Below, one piece after another: positions 39,458 to 48,633 of a stretch of 64,000 bases of DNA. Under the pieces are notes generated by a model. It was not told the origin of the DNA, ran no database searches, and saw only the letters and a program-made list of their open reading frames with translations. The DNA comes from Vampirovibrionaceae bacterium NZW_1234. GTDB lineage: Bacteria; Cyanobacteriota; Vampirovibrionia; Vampirovibrionales; JAGQHJ01. Each line of letters opens with the position of its first letter. The first letter of the stretch is position 1. The position numbers and the translations under genes were made by a program. Location of the stretch: assembly GCA_041697335.1 (NCBI GenBank), contig JBGUGD010000039.1, forward strand, positions 64,001-128,000, given 5' to 3'.

Positions 39458-40324
39458 TTAATGAAACCCCAGAACCAGAGCTTCGGTAATCAGATGCCAC
39501 CCATCGACCAGAACAAAGAGAACAAGTTTGAAAGGCAAAGAAATGGTCATTGGTGGCAGAAAGACCATCCCCATAGACGTTAGCAAGCTGGCAATAACAA
39601 TGTCGATAACAATAAACGGCAAAAAGACAATAAACCCAAGCTGAAATGCTGTTTTCAACTCACTGATAATAAAGGCAGGCAGCAATACATACGTCGGTAC
39701 ATCATCGGTGGTTTTCGGGGCCTTGAGCTTGGCCAAACGAACAAACAAGCCCACGTCCTTTTCATCCACCTGCTTAAACATAAAGCTGCGTAAGGGGTCC
39801 AGGGCCAGGGTAATAGCCTTTTCCTGGGCCAATTGATGGTGAAGATAAGGTTGAAGTGCCTTGTTGTTAATGGCTGAAAACGTGGGGGACATAACAAAGA
39901 AGGTCAGAATCAGAGCCAACCCAACCACCACTTGATTGGGAGGCAGCGTGGGCGATCCGATGGCATGACGGACCAACGATAAAACAATCACAATCCGGGT
40001 AAAGGCCGTCGTCATAATCAGAAGGGCCGGTGCCAAGGTCAGCACCGTCAACAGGATCATGATCTGGAGGCCTTTGCTGATATCTTCAGGGTTATTCGAT
40101 TGCCCCAGCTTGATATCCAGGGTGGGCAAGCCCCCTGAAATTTGGGCAAACGCATCGGTTGGAAGCCCAATCATGAGCAACACCATTGCAAAGACTATCC
40201 AAAGCGATTTTTCTCTGACCCACCGCATACGTGCTCTCGCTCTCTCAGGACCATCGTCCCTGACCGGGACGTTCTCACATACACCTATCCTGATGATGAC
40301 CGATTTTGATGCCCTTGCCATCAA
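39458..40324 (-). CDS. fliP: Flagellar export protein FliP
   Basis: TAFTRIVIVL, PPNQV, ISELKTAF, PFKLVLFVLVDGW; start approximate. Confidence 0.96.
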   Translation of the reverse strand: MMARASKSVIIRIGVCENVPVRDDGPERARARMRWVREKSLWIVFAMVLLMIGLPTDAFAQISGGLPTLDIKLGQSNNPEDISKGLQIMILLTVLTLAPALLIMTTAFTRIVIVLSLVRHAIGSPTLPPNQVVVGLALILTFFVMSPTFSAINNKALQPYLHHQLAQEKAITLALDPLRSFMFKQVDEKDVGLFVRLAKLKAPKTTDDVPTYVLLPAFIISELKTAFQLGFIVFLPFIVIDIVIASLLTSMGMVFLPPMTISLPFKLVLFVLVDGWHLITEALVLGFH

Positions 40325-40383
40325 CCAAACATAGGAGTCCTCATAAGGGACTTCCTCTAAGCGAATGTGAAGGGATAAATTTC

Positions 40384-41532
40384 TTATTTTCGGGGAGCGT
40401 CTGTGGAGACTCGGGCGAGTTCCTGATAAAGCTCTTTTTCTCTAGCTGACAGACTTTTGGGGGAAACAATGTAGACAGTCACGAACTGATCCCCTGTATT
40501 GTTGTTCAGCTTAACCCCTTGCCCTTTCAAGCGAAAGACCGTTCCCGAGTTGGTCAGGGCAGGAATCACCATTTTGACCTTGCCATGCAGGGTTGGCACA
40601 TCAATTTCGGCCCCAAGCACAGCCTCCGGAATCGTAATGGGTACATCACATGTAACCGTCAGCCCGTCAATCTTCAGGGCCTGCTCTTCCTCAATTTTGA
40701 TCAGCAGGAATAAATCCCCGGGTTCGCCGCCCTGAAGACCCCGCCCACCCTCTTTCGCCACACGAACCTTGGAACCGGCCTTGACGCCTGCCGGAATACG
40801 GACATCAATCTTTCGCACCGTCACCAATTGCTTATCCCCATGGCACACTGAACAAGGCAGACCATTGACCTTGCCTGTGGCCGAGCAGCGCTTGCAAGCT
40901 TCGGTGTGCTGAACACTAACCGTTTTCACAATACCTTGCTGAGACTCGTTGCGAGAGATAACCGTCTCCACCGTCACATCTTCACCTCGAACCGGCTTCG
41001 AGGAGGCCGCCTTGTTGGCGGCCGAATAGGCCCGTTGGGCATCGCGAACAGCCGAAGGCTCCGGACCGGATGAGGCAGCAGTATTGCCATCGGCTCTCTC
41101 GTCCTTGCGAAACAAAGAGTCAAACATATCTTTGAACCCGGCATTCTTGCCATCACCTGCGTCTGCGGAAGTTTGTTTGGTCGAGGACCCTGCTGAGGTT
41201 TTTGTCCGAGGAGGGGGCGGTGCTTTAGCATTTTTTGCCCTCCCACCAGAAGCGGGCTCTCGGGTTGAAGTCGACTGCGCCTGGGTGTTCTTGTCAGTCG
41301 ATGTTTTTCGACGAATGCCAAAACTTAAATCATAGGCCTGGCGTTTTTCAGGTTCAGATAATACGGCATAGGCTTCTCCCACCTGCTTGAACTTGGACTC
41401 GGCAATAGGATTTCCAGGGTTAATGTCCGGGTGGTACTTACGCGCCAGACGTCGGTAAGCACTTTTGATCTCCGCCATATCCGCCGACGGAGTCACTTCC
41501 AGAATGTCATAATACGTTTGACGGTGATCCAC
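40384..41532 (-). CDS. DnaJ-family co-chaperone with reduced zinc finger
   Basis: J-domain with HPD, only two CxxC motifs, DnaJ C-terminal domain. Confidence 0.92.
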   Translation of the reverse strand: MDHRQTYYDILEVTPSADMAEIKSAYRRLARKYHPDINPGNPIAESKFKQVGEAYAVLSEPEKRQAYDLSFGIRRKTSTDKNTQAQSTSTREPASGGRAKNAKAPPPPRTKTSAGSSTKQTSADAGDGKNAGFKDMFDSLFRKDERADGNTAASSGPEPSAVRDAQRAYSAANKAASSKPVRGEDVTVETVISRNESQQGIVKTVSVQHTEACKRCSATGKVNGLPCSVCHGDKQLVTVRKIDVRIPAGVKAGSKVRVAKEGGRGLQGGEPGDLFLLIKIEEEQALKIDGLTVTCDVPITIPEAVLGAEIDVPTLHGKVKMVIPALTNSGTVFRLKGQGVKLNNNTGDQFVTVYIVSPKSLSAREKELYQELARVSTDAPRK

Positions 41533-41591
41533 CCATAGACCCTCTGTTCAAGTCTATTTCCATGATGGCATTATCTCACAGCCCAGCCCAT

Positions 41592-42707
41592 CTAGCCAAA
41601 GCGTTGTCGCAAGGTCAACAGGACTTTACCGCTGCCCAGTGCTAAAAGAAGCGGTATAAATGCGGCTGCCAGAGGTGGCAAAAAACCAATACTGCCTAAG
41701 GTTGTGCAGACAGGAACCATTACATTATAGAACAGCAGAAAGACAGCCGCATACGTCAACCCTAAGTTCCGTGTGGCGCGAGATCGTTCAACTCCGAGAC
41801 ACGCCCCTAAAACAGCAAATACAATGGGAATGAACGCCAGAAAATACCGTTGGTATAAGCGCACTTTATAAAAACGCTCATCTTCACTCTGCCCACCCAG
41901 GCCCAAAAGACGAACATATTTTTGTAAATCTGCTAATCGGTATTCCGTGGGTCTTCCGGGAGGAAAAGACAAGAAGGCCTGAGCCATATCACTGGTATGG
42001 ACTAGCTTTAACCCAAACGATGCCACGGTTTGGTAAATCCCCTCTTCATTCAGCTGGTAATCAATCCCATCCGACAGGAGCCATCCCTTATCCTGGTCGC
42101 TCCAGCGTCCTTGAGTTGCAGTAATCATTCTCCAAATACGGGTTTCAGGCCCTTTGCCCGTGAAAAAGAGAAAGATAAACTGATTCATATCAGTTTTAGC
42201 CTTGGGGGAAATGACCAAAAACTTGTCCATTGACCCATCCGGGCCCCGTTCGACATAGGTAACCTGATGATGTTCCTCAGCGTTTTCCTCAAACTGGGTC
42301 TGCGCATTTAAGGCATATAAGGCCTTTGAGGCCTCAGGCACGAACCATTCTTGCGTCAAAACAAATAAAAGACTCATGGAAGCCCCAACCATCCCAATGG
42401 GAATCAGAATTCGCCGAAAAGACACTCCACTGGCCATAATAGCAGTCAGTTCAGAGGACAAACTCATCTGGCGAAACAGAAACACACTGGCAAACAACGT
42501 GGCAATGGGCAGACAATAAACCAAAACCGTGGGCACCTGATAGATCAAATAGGCCAAGCCTTGCCAGGGCGTCAATTTATGCTCGGAGACCCCTTGAATG
42601 GCATTGAACATAATTTCCGGCGCCAACCAAAGGACCGTAAAGACGAAAATGGCAAACACAGCAATAAGGGCGTGACGACTGATAATAAACCGATCCAGGA
42701 GTTTCAC
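41592..42707 (-). CDS. LptF/LptG permease
   Basis: LLDRFI, SELTAIMASGVS..R...P, six-TM layout; overlaps the lptB stop. Confidence 0.9.
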   Translation of the reverse strand: MKLLDRFIISRHALIAVFAIFVFTVLWLAPEIMFNAIQGVSEHKLTPWQGLAYLIYQVPTVLVYCLPIATLFASVFLFRQMSLSSELTAIMASGVSFRRILIPIGMVGASMSLLFVLTQEWFVPEASKALYALNAQTQFEENAEEHHQVTYVERGPDGSMDKFLVISPKAKTDMNQFIFLFFTGKGPETRIWRMITATQGRWSDQDKGWLLSDGIDYQLNEEGIYQTVASFGLKLVHTSDMAQAFLSFPPGRPTEYRLADLQKYVRLLGLGGQSEDERFYKVRLYQRYFLAFIPIVFAVLGACLGVERSRATRNLGLTYAAVFLLFYNVMVPVCTTLGSIGFLPPLAAAFIPLLLALGSGKVLLTLRQRFG

Positions 42708-43423
42708 AGTTGAAAATCAGCCCCTAAATAGTAATCTCGTACAATTTGCTCGTTTGCAACGTCCTGAGCGGAGCCCGCATAAATGATTTTACCGTCATGA
42801 ATGATGTACGCCCGGTCCACAATGCTTAAAGTAGCTTTAGGATTGTGATCGGTGAGCAGAATGCCAAGCCCGCGCGATTTTAGCTGCACAATCAGCTTCT
42901 GGATATCTTGAATGGCAATGGGATCAATCCCGGTAAAAGGCTCATCCAATAACAAATACTTGGGGTTTGCGGCAATAGCCCGAGCAATCTCCACCCGCCG
43001 ACGCTCCCCGCCTGACAATTGAATTGCCGGCTTGTGCCGATGCCGTTCAATACCAAACTCCTGAAGCAACTGCTCCAACTGCTCCTGCTTCACCTGAGCC
43101 GGACCTTCCTGAAACTCTTGCACCAGGCGTATATTCTCTTCCACCGTTAAACGGCGAAACACCGAGGTTTCCTGCGGCAAATACCCTACCCCGGCTCGAG
43201 CACGTTCGTGAATAGGCAAGTCGGAAAGGTTTTGCTCGTTTAACCAGATTTCACCTTGATTTGGCTGAACAATACCCACCGTGGAATAAAACGACGTGGT
43301 CTTCCCGGCCCCATTGGGCCCCAGCAAGCCCACCACTTCACCCAGATTCACGTCAAAAGACACATCATTGACGACCGGTCGACCGCCATATTGTTTGAAC
43401 AAGTTTCGAACTTTCAGGGTCAT
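42704..43423 (-). CDS. lptB: LPS export ABC ATPase LptB
   Basis: GPNGAGKTT, GYLPQE.SVF, LSGGERRRVEIARA, DEPF, TDHN, YLG..F. Confidence 0.96.
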   Translation of the reverse strand: MTLKVRNLFKQYGGRPVVNDVSFDVNLGEVVGLLGPNGAGKTTSFYSTVGIVQPNQGEIWLNEQNLSDLPIHERARAGVGYLPQETSVFRRLTVEENIRLVQEFQEGPAQVKQEQLEQLLQEFGIERHRHKPAIQLSGGERRRVEIARAIAANPKYLLLDEPFTGIDPIAIQDIQKLIVQLKSRGLGILLTDHNPKATLSIVDRAYIIHDGKIIYAGSAQDVANEQIVRDYYLGADFQL

Positions 43424-43429
43424 ACCGGG

Positions 43430-44581
43430 TTAATTTCCGCCTTGTTGCGATGTGGCTTTCTCAATCATCATTTCCTGTTCAAAGGCATCAGCCGAAGAAG
43501 AGGCAGTACTATTTGCCGATGTCTTGGCATGACCCGACGAACCGTTAGTGGCGGCGGGTTTGCCTTTTTCTGTATTCGAGGCCTCTTGATTTTTAGCCTT
43601 AATAAAGGTTGTAACATTACCTTTGGCATTAAATTGCTTGGGGTTCACGGTAATTACAACCGTATCTCCGGTCACACGGCGATCCGGGTCATCAATCATG
43701 GCTCTGCCGGTCATAACAATGCGATTTAACGTGTCATTTTCACGGTAAAAAACCGCTTTGGGTCCCTTGGCCACGTAGTCATCGTAATGGATCAGCGTAT
43801 TGCCATTGGCGATTAAGGTACCCGTCTTGTGATCTAACTCTTGCAAGTGAGATTGAACCTGGATTCGGGTGGTCTTGCCTTCGCTGTCCTTGCTTAAAAC
43901 ACTGCTCTGAGTATTACGTTCAGCAAAAATATCGCCCGTATCCAGCTTAATCGTAATGGTTTCGGCTTTAATCTCTTGGTCTCCCTGGATTAGTTTGGCC
44001 CCTTTAATAAAGACCGCCTTTTCAGCCCCACCTGAGGCTCCCAGAAAAATCAGGGCTTCAGGGCTGGTGATCAAGGCATCACCTTTTTTAACAGTCACAT
44101 GGCCCACGGCTTTCATAACACCGTGTTGCTGATCAAACTCCTGGTGATCGGACTTAATGGAAACATCACCCTCTTTGGCCCCGCTCATCTGGGTCACGAC
44201 ATTGCCTTTCGCTTTCATCGCCCCGTTATCCAACCCCATATTCAGGGTATCCGCCTGAATGGTCTGCTTCACGGAGGTCCCTTGGCGAACCATTTTGGGG
44301 CGATTGGAAAATGTGGCTGAGCTGGCTTTGCCATTTTTATCCATCGAAAAATCAGCCTGGGGTCCTGAAATCTGGGTTCCTTCCATCGCCACCAAAACGT
44401 TTCCTTCAAAATGAGACCGCCCTGTAAACGGTTCAAAGACCTGTGTTCCGGAGCTGACTCGAATATCTGCCGCCTGAGCGCTACTGAGTGAAAACATCAA
44501 GACGACTGGAATGACAAAAACAATCCATTGGCCAAAGCGAGAACCAAATTGGGAGGAGAACGCAAAGAGAGGGTGTACCAT
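43430..44581 (-). CDS. lptA: LptA/OstA-family periplasmic protein with tandem jellyroll repeats
   Basis: Signal peptide, repeated A.GNV / I.AD/E.I motifs, upstream of lptB. Confidence 0.75.
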   Translation of the reverse strand: MVHPLFAFSSQFGSRFGQWIVFVIPVVLMFSLSSAQAADIRVSSGTQVFEPFTGRSHFEGNVLVAMEGTQISGPQADFSMDKNGKASSATFSNRPKMVRQGTSVKQTIQADTLNMGLDNGAMKAKGNVVTQMSGAKEGDVSIKSDHQEFDQQHGVMKAVGHVTVKKGDALITSPEALIFLGASGGAEKAVFIKGAKLIQGDQEIKAETITIKLDTGDIFAERNTQSSVLSKDSEGKTTRIQVQSHLQELDHKTGTLIANGNTLIHYDDYVAKGPKAVFYRENDTLNRIVMTGRAMIDDPDRRVTGDTVVITVNPKQFNAKGNVTTFIKAKNQEASNTEKGKPAATNGSSGHAKTSANSTASSSADAFEQEMMIEKATSQQGGN

Positions 44582-44719
44582 GGGAAGTCTCCTACTTGAG
44601 TACAGAGGGGGTCTACTTTATGATAAATGACTGGTAACAGAAACGAAAGTTCTAATTTTTTAAAGCATAACCGGTCTAACGTTGTGCTTGCTGCAAAAGC
44701 ACCGACCGCAAGGAGAATC

Positions 44720-45331
44720 ATGACCCTATTTCGAAGCTTACAAACCCGTTATGAGCAAAAAGAGGCCTTTACCAAGTCCACGTTCCCGTGGCCGGCCATT
44801 TATCGTGACCCGCTCCCGCATATTGAGCCGAGTCAATATGCTCTGCAGATTCGTATAGAAAATCAACTGCCCAAATCCATGCCCTTAAAACAGCTGGCTA
44901 CCTTGCCCTCGTTTAACGAAAGCCGACGAATCACCAGTAAATCCGGCTGGACCTACTACGGGCACTGGAAAGGTTTGACCTTTCAAACGCTGTTTAACTT
45001 GTTTTCCACCCCCCATCTATACCCCTGGGTGCGGATTGAGTCTTTAAACGGGCAGCATTACCTCATTGACCGCAAAAATCTGATGAACTACCGGGTCATC
45101 ACCGAATCGGATGGGAATCCCTTGTCGGTGCTTTATGGCGGCCCCTTGTGGGTTCACTGCTTTGATTACTATGTGGAGTATGGCATTCCCAATGTCAAAA
45201 GCATTGTCCTGCTTCAAGGTGAACATGAGTACTATCACCCCAACGAGGCCCTGGGCTTTCGCCTGGATCAGGCCCGCGTAATGCCAGGGTCTTATTACGC
45301 CATTCATCACGAAAAAATTGCGACGCTGTAG
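44720..45331 (+). CDS. Sulfite oxidase/MsrP-like molybdopterin-binding-fold protein, degenerate
   Basis: AAGGAG RBS; L.QL..LP, GW....WKG..F..L, G.PL...YGGPL; no Tat signal. Confidence 0.65.
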   Translation: MTLFRSLQTRYEQKEAFTKSTFPWPAIYRDPLPHIEPSQYALQIRIENQLPKSMPLKQLATLPSFNESRRITSKSGWTYYGHWKGLTFQTLFNLFSTPHLYPWVRIESLNGQHYLIDRKNLMNYRVITESDGNPLSVLYGGPLWVHCFDYYVEYGIPNVKSIVLLQGEHEYYHPNEALGFRLDQARVMPGSYYAIHHEKIATL

Positions 45332-45406
45332 AGTAGGATGGGTGAAAAACCATCGAAACCTCGACGATGACTGGGTTGCTTGTTGAAGAGATTAAGACGA
45401 AAAAAC

Positions 45407-45449
45407 AGATTTTCACCGTGCGGACAAATTGTCCGCACGGTGAAAATCT
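45407..45449. repeat. Perfect 21-bp inverted repeat (terminator-like on the - strand)
   Basis: AGATTTTCACCGTGCGGACAA-a-TTGTCCGCACGGTGAAAATCT. Confidence 0.85.
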
Positions 45450-45836
45450 TATGAAAGACCGACTTAACACTGGACTGACAGCAGGTGCAACCGAAAAACA
45501 TAAAGACATCAACCTTTTTTAAGTTATTTTTAGTTATTATTCCCATTCATTTAGATTTTTAAACATATAATCCAGAAAAAACCCCCATATACAGAGAGAA
45601 ATTAGATTTATGCTCAACATAAATGCTTTCATACAGTCATTTTTAAACACAAATAATGACCTTTAACCCTTTGAAATATAGCTTTTACCAAATTTTATCC
45701 CAGCTTTTAAAAAAGCAAGCTGAAGCATGACTGCACGACATTGCCGTGTCAGCGCATTGTTTGAGCCCAGGCTAGCTCGTTTCCGTTTTTTTTGGCACAA
45801 TACGGAAACGGAATCTAAAAAAGGGTGTCATTCTGA

Positions 45837-46736
45837 ATGCTGTCTTTACGCAACCCCCGCTTTTTTGCCACACTGACCCTTGCCTTGGCGGTCTTCTCGA
45901 CAGTTTCTCCGGCACATGCCCTAACTTCCTTCGATGACATTGTCGAGCTTGATAAAACACCTGAAAACACCCGGATTCAAGAAAAAATTCAGCTTTCCAA
46001 ACCCATTGAAACGTTAAACGCCCCCCTCCAGGCCCATATCAAGTCAGCCACAGGCTCTACAGCCGAAGATTTGCGAAATTTGGATCTGTTATGGCAGTCG
46101 GTTATCTCCAAAAATCCTGTCATTCAATACGGCCTGAAGCAGTTGGCAACACCACCAGAGCTGAGAGAAGTTCATTCCAGCATCTTGTCTCGGACCGTTG
46201 GCGGTCTCTTAAGTGGCGCCTCTCTATTGCCGTATATGTTCGGAGCAGATCCTTACACGGTTGGAGCCTCGGCCATCGGCGCCAATATGGTGGACCGGGC
46301 CATGGTCAATTCCAAGAAAATCGACCCGTCGCAACTGCCTTCGGATACGGAATTGGTAGAGCTGGCCAGCTTTGTGCAGAGTCTTCAAAAAGCCCTGGTC
46401 TCGAATTACTTTGATTACAAAAACTGCTTGAGAACCATGGTGCAAATGAATCAAGTTACGGATCGCCTGGAAACCAGCATAACCACAACAAAAACAGAAG
46501 CCGATCCCGTCCGTCAGATTGCTCTAGAGCACCAGAAACAAAGTGCTCTTGCCCAGGCCCGAGCCGCCAAACAAGGTGCCATTCGCCATTACATTGCCCT
46601 AGAGCGTTTGGTTGGCAAAGACAATATGAAACAGCTACGCTTTGGTGACATTACCCCCTCGGAACCCGGCCCGGTCAGCCTGATGCCCAGTAAAGCCCTG
46701 CCTTCAGGAGTCATGTATGATTCGGTTCTTAAATAA
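45837..46736 (+). CDS. Exported helical protein, TolC-half-repeat-like, paralog 1
   Basis: Signal peptide (AHA); LW...I.KNP.IQ; LV.NYFDY; ALERLVG. Confidence 0.75.
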   Translation: MLSLRNPRFFATLTLALAVFSTVSPAHALTSFDDIVELDKTPENTRIQEKIQLSKPIETLNAPLQAHIKSATGSTAEDLRNLDLLWQSVISKNPVIQYGLKQLATPPELREVHSSILSRTVGGLLSGASLLPYMFGADPYTVGASAIGANMVDRAMVNSKKIDPSQLPSDTELVELASFVQSLQKALVSNYFDYKNCLRTMVQMNQVTDRLETSITTTKTEADPVRQIALEHQKQSALAQARAAKQGAIRHYIALERLVGKDNMKQLRFGDITPSEPGPVSLMPSKALPSGVMYDSVLK

Positions 46737-47499
46737 GCCCGCCCTCGGATTGGTCCTTTTGACCCTGGTTTTGCCGCTGAATCTGGCCTTTGGGTTTAAC
46801 AACGACCCGTTGCAAGGCATGCATCAGGAACTGCTCTCTGAAATTGATGACCTAGAGCCCACCCTCCTGCCTGAACTGGAAATTTTGTGGCGAGGGACCC
46901 TGCAACGCAACTCCAGTATCCAGCTGGCCCTGGAAAAGATGGCCGAAAAAACCGGCCAACTTAAACACAAAGACCGCTCGGCATGGACACAGAACATGCT
47001 TCGAGGCCTGGTTCAAATTGGAGGTTTTGGTGGTGCAGCCCTTGCCGGGAACCCGGCACCTCTTTTAGGCAGCGCCTTTATCACGCGAGCCACCGCCCCA
47101 GACACTGTGGCCAAAGAGCTGACCAAAGTCACCAGCGCCGATCTGGTTATTCTGACCCGTGAAATCGAAGAAACGCAGAGCCAATTGCTCTTGAATTTTT
47201 TATCCTATCGCCAGAGCTGTGAATCCTATAAGCAGCAACTCCAGGCCATAGAACAGCATCATGCCCTGGCCAAGTCTCTGCCTCAAGATAATCCCGACGT
47301 GACGGATTTGTTACGAACCACTTCCCTTCAATCCAGCTTTGAGTTACAACAAATCGAAGGTAAGCTCCAGTCCAACCGACAGGTCCTGGTCCTACTGTCG
47401 GGAGAGAATGCCGTTAAAGAAGTGGACAAACATTTAGAAGAGTTACTGAACGTAAAGTTACCTACCCATGCCCCCATTGAATCACCTACCCAATCCTAA
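46717..47499 (+). CDS. Exported helical protein, paralog 2
   Basis: Signal peptide; LW..TL.RN..IQ; LL.NFLSY; VLVLLSG. Confidence 0.75.
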   Translation: MIRFLNKPALGLVLLTLVLPLNLAFGFNNDPLQGMHQELLSEIDDLEPTLLPELEILWRGTLQRNSSIQLALEKMAEKTGQLKHKDRSAWTQNMLRGLVQIGGFGGAALAGNPAPLLGSAFITRATAPDTVAKELTKVTSADLVILTREIEETQSQLLLNFLSYRQSCESYKQQLQAIEQHHALAKSLPQDNPDVTDLLRTTSLQSSFELQQIEGKLQSNRQVLVLLSGENAVKEVDKHLEELLNVKLPTHAPIESPTQS

Positions 47500-48553
47500 T
47501 TCTTCGGATTTTCCACCTGAATCCCCGATTGACATCGTCTCTTTCGGTAGTGCCGTTCAGGATGTTTTTGTGAATATTCCGATTGAGTCCGATCAATCGG
47601 CCTTTATCCGCAGCAATCATTTACTGATGGCCTTGGGCTCCAAGATCAATGTGGATTACCCTTTAACCGAAGTCGGCGGAGGTGGAACCAATACGGCTGT
47701 TAATTTCAGTATCCAAGGCTTAAAATCGGCAATTCTTTCTCGCATTGCCAATGACAAGGGTGGTGAAGAGGTTTTAAGCCGCCTTCGGCAATTTCATGTC
47801 AACACCGAGTTTCTGCAAATCGACAGCAGCACCATGGCCCGGACTGGCATGTCCATCATCCTCAACGTTCCCGGCCATGACCGGACCGTTCTGGTGAACC
47901 GGGGCGTCAGCCACTTGATCAATTTTGATGAGGTCAATTGGAAGCGGGTCAGCCTGGCCAAGTGGATGTACCTGGGGGCCTACGGCAGCCGCAATGAAGA
48001 CGACTTTGACCGTTTGTCCGATGTAGCCAGCAAAAGCAACATTGATATTGCCTTTAATCCAGGACTTGCCCAAATCAAACGGGGCTACGGCGCCTTAAAG
48101 CGCATTATTTCAGAAACCAAAATCCTGGTAATGAACCGCACCGAAGCGGCCATTCTAACCAATTCCTCCAAAACCGAGCGGGTCACCGTCATCTTACAGA
48201 AGCTCAAGGATATGGGGCCTAAGGTGGCCATTATTACTCATGGCCGAAATGGGGTCTTTGCAGCCGACGACAAGGACAATCGCTATTTCATATCCCCCAT
48301 GATGGTAGAAGCCACCTGCACGCTGGGGGCGGGAGACGCCTTTGCCAGTACCTTCACGGCATCCATTATTAAAGACGGCTGGGATATTCCTTTGGGCTTG
48401 AAACGGGCTACCGTCAATGCCGCCAATGTGGTTCAGAACCCCGGGGCCCAGATTGGCCTGGAGCCTATGGAGCGACTGGATGCCTATTTGGAAGAGCTGG
48501 ATCTGGAAGTGGAAGATATCCCCGATCGAAGCTCCAAACACGTCAAAAGTTAG
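47468..48553 (+). CDS. PfkB-family carbohydrate kinase
   Basis: GGGGTNTA, FNPG, N..EA, ITHG..G, TLGAGDAF. Confidence 0.92.
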   Translation: MPPLNHLPNPNSSDFPPESPIDIVSFGSAVQDVFVNIPIESDQSAFIRSNHLLMALGSKINVDYPLTEVGGGGTNTAVNFSIQGLKSAILSRIANDKGGEEVLSRLRQFHVNTEFLQIDSSTMARTGMSIILNVPGHDRTVLVNRGVSHLINFDEVNWKRVSLAKWMYLGAYGSRNEDDFDRLSDVASKSNIDIAFNPGLAQIKRGYGALKRIISETKILVMNRTEAAILTNSSKTERVTVILQKLKDMGPKVAIITHGRNGVFAADDKDNRYFISPMMVEATCTLGAGDAFASTFTASIIKDGWDIPLGLKRATVNAANVVQNPGAQIGLEPMERLDAYLEELDLEVEDIPDRSSKHVKS

Positions 48554-48633
48554 ACCGATACCATCGCCGTTTGACACGGCTCTTTGCAAACTCTCTCCTT
48601 AGCGTTACAGTGGGAAAGGAAAGGAGGGTTCCA

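Noticed and set aside
35137..40324. Non-flagellar injectisome call
   Set aside because: FliP has an N-terminal signal-like extension and the gene order is flagellar; no sctC, sctJ or sctN in the window
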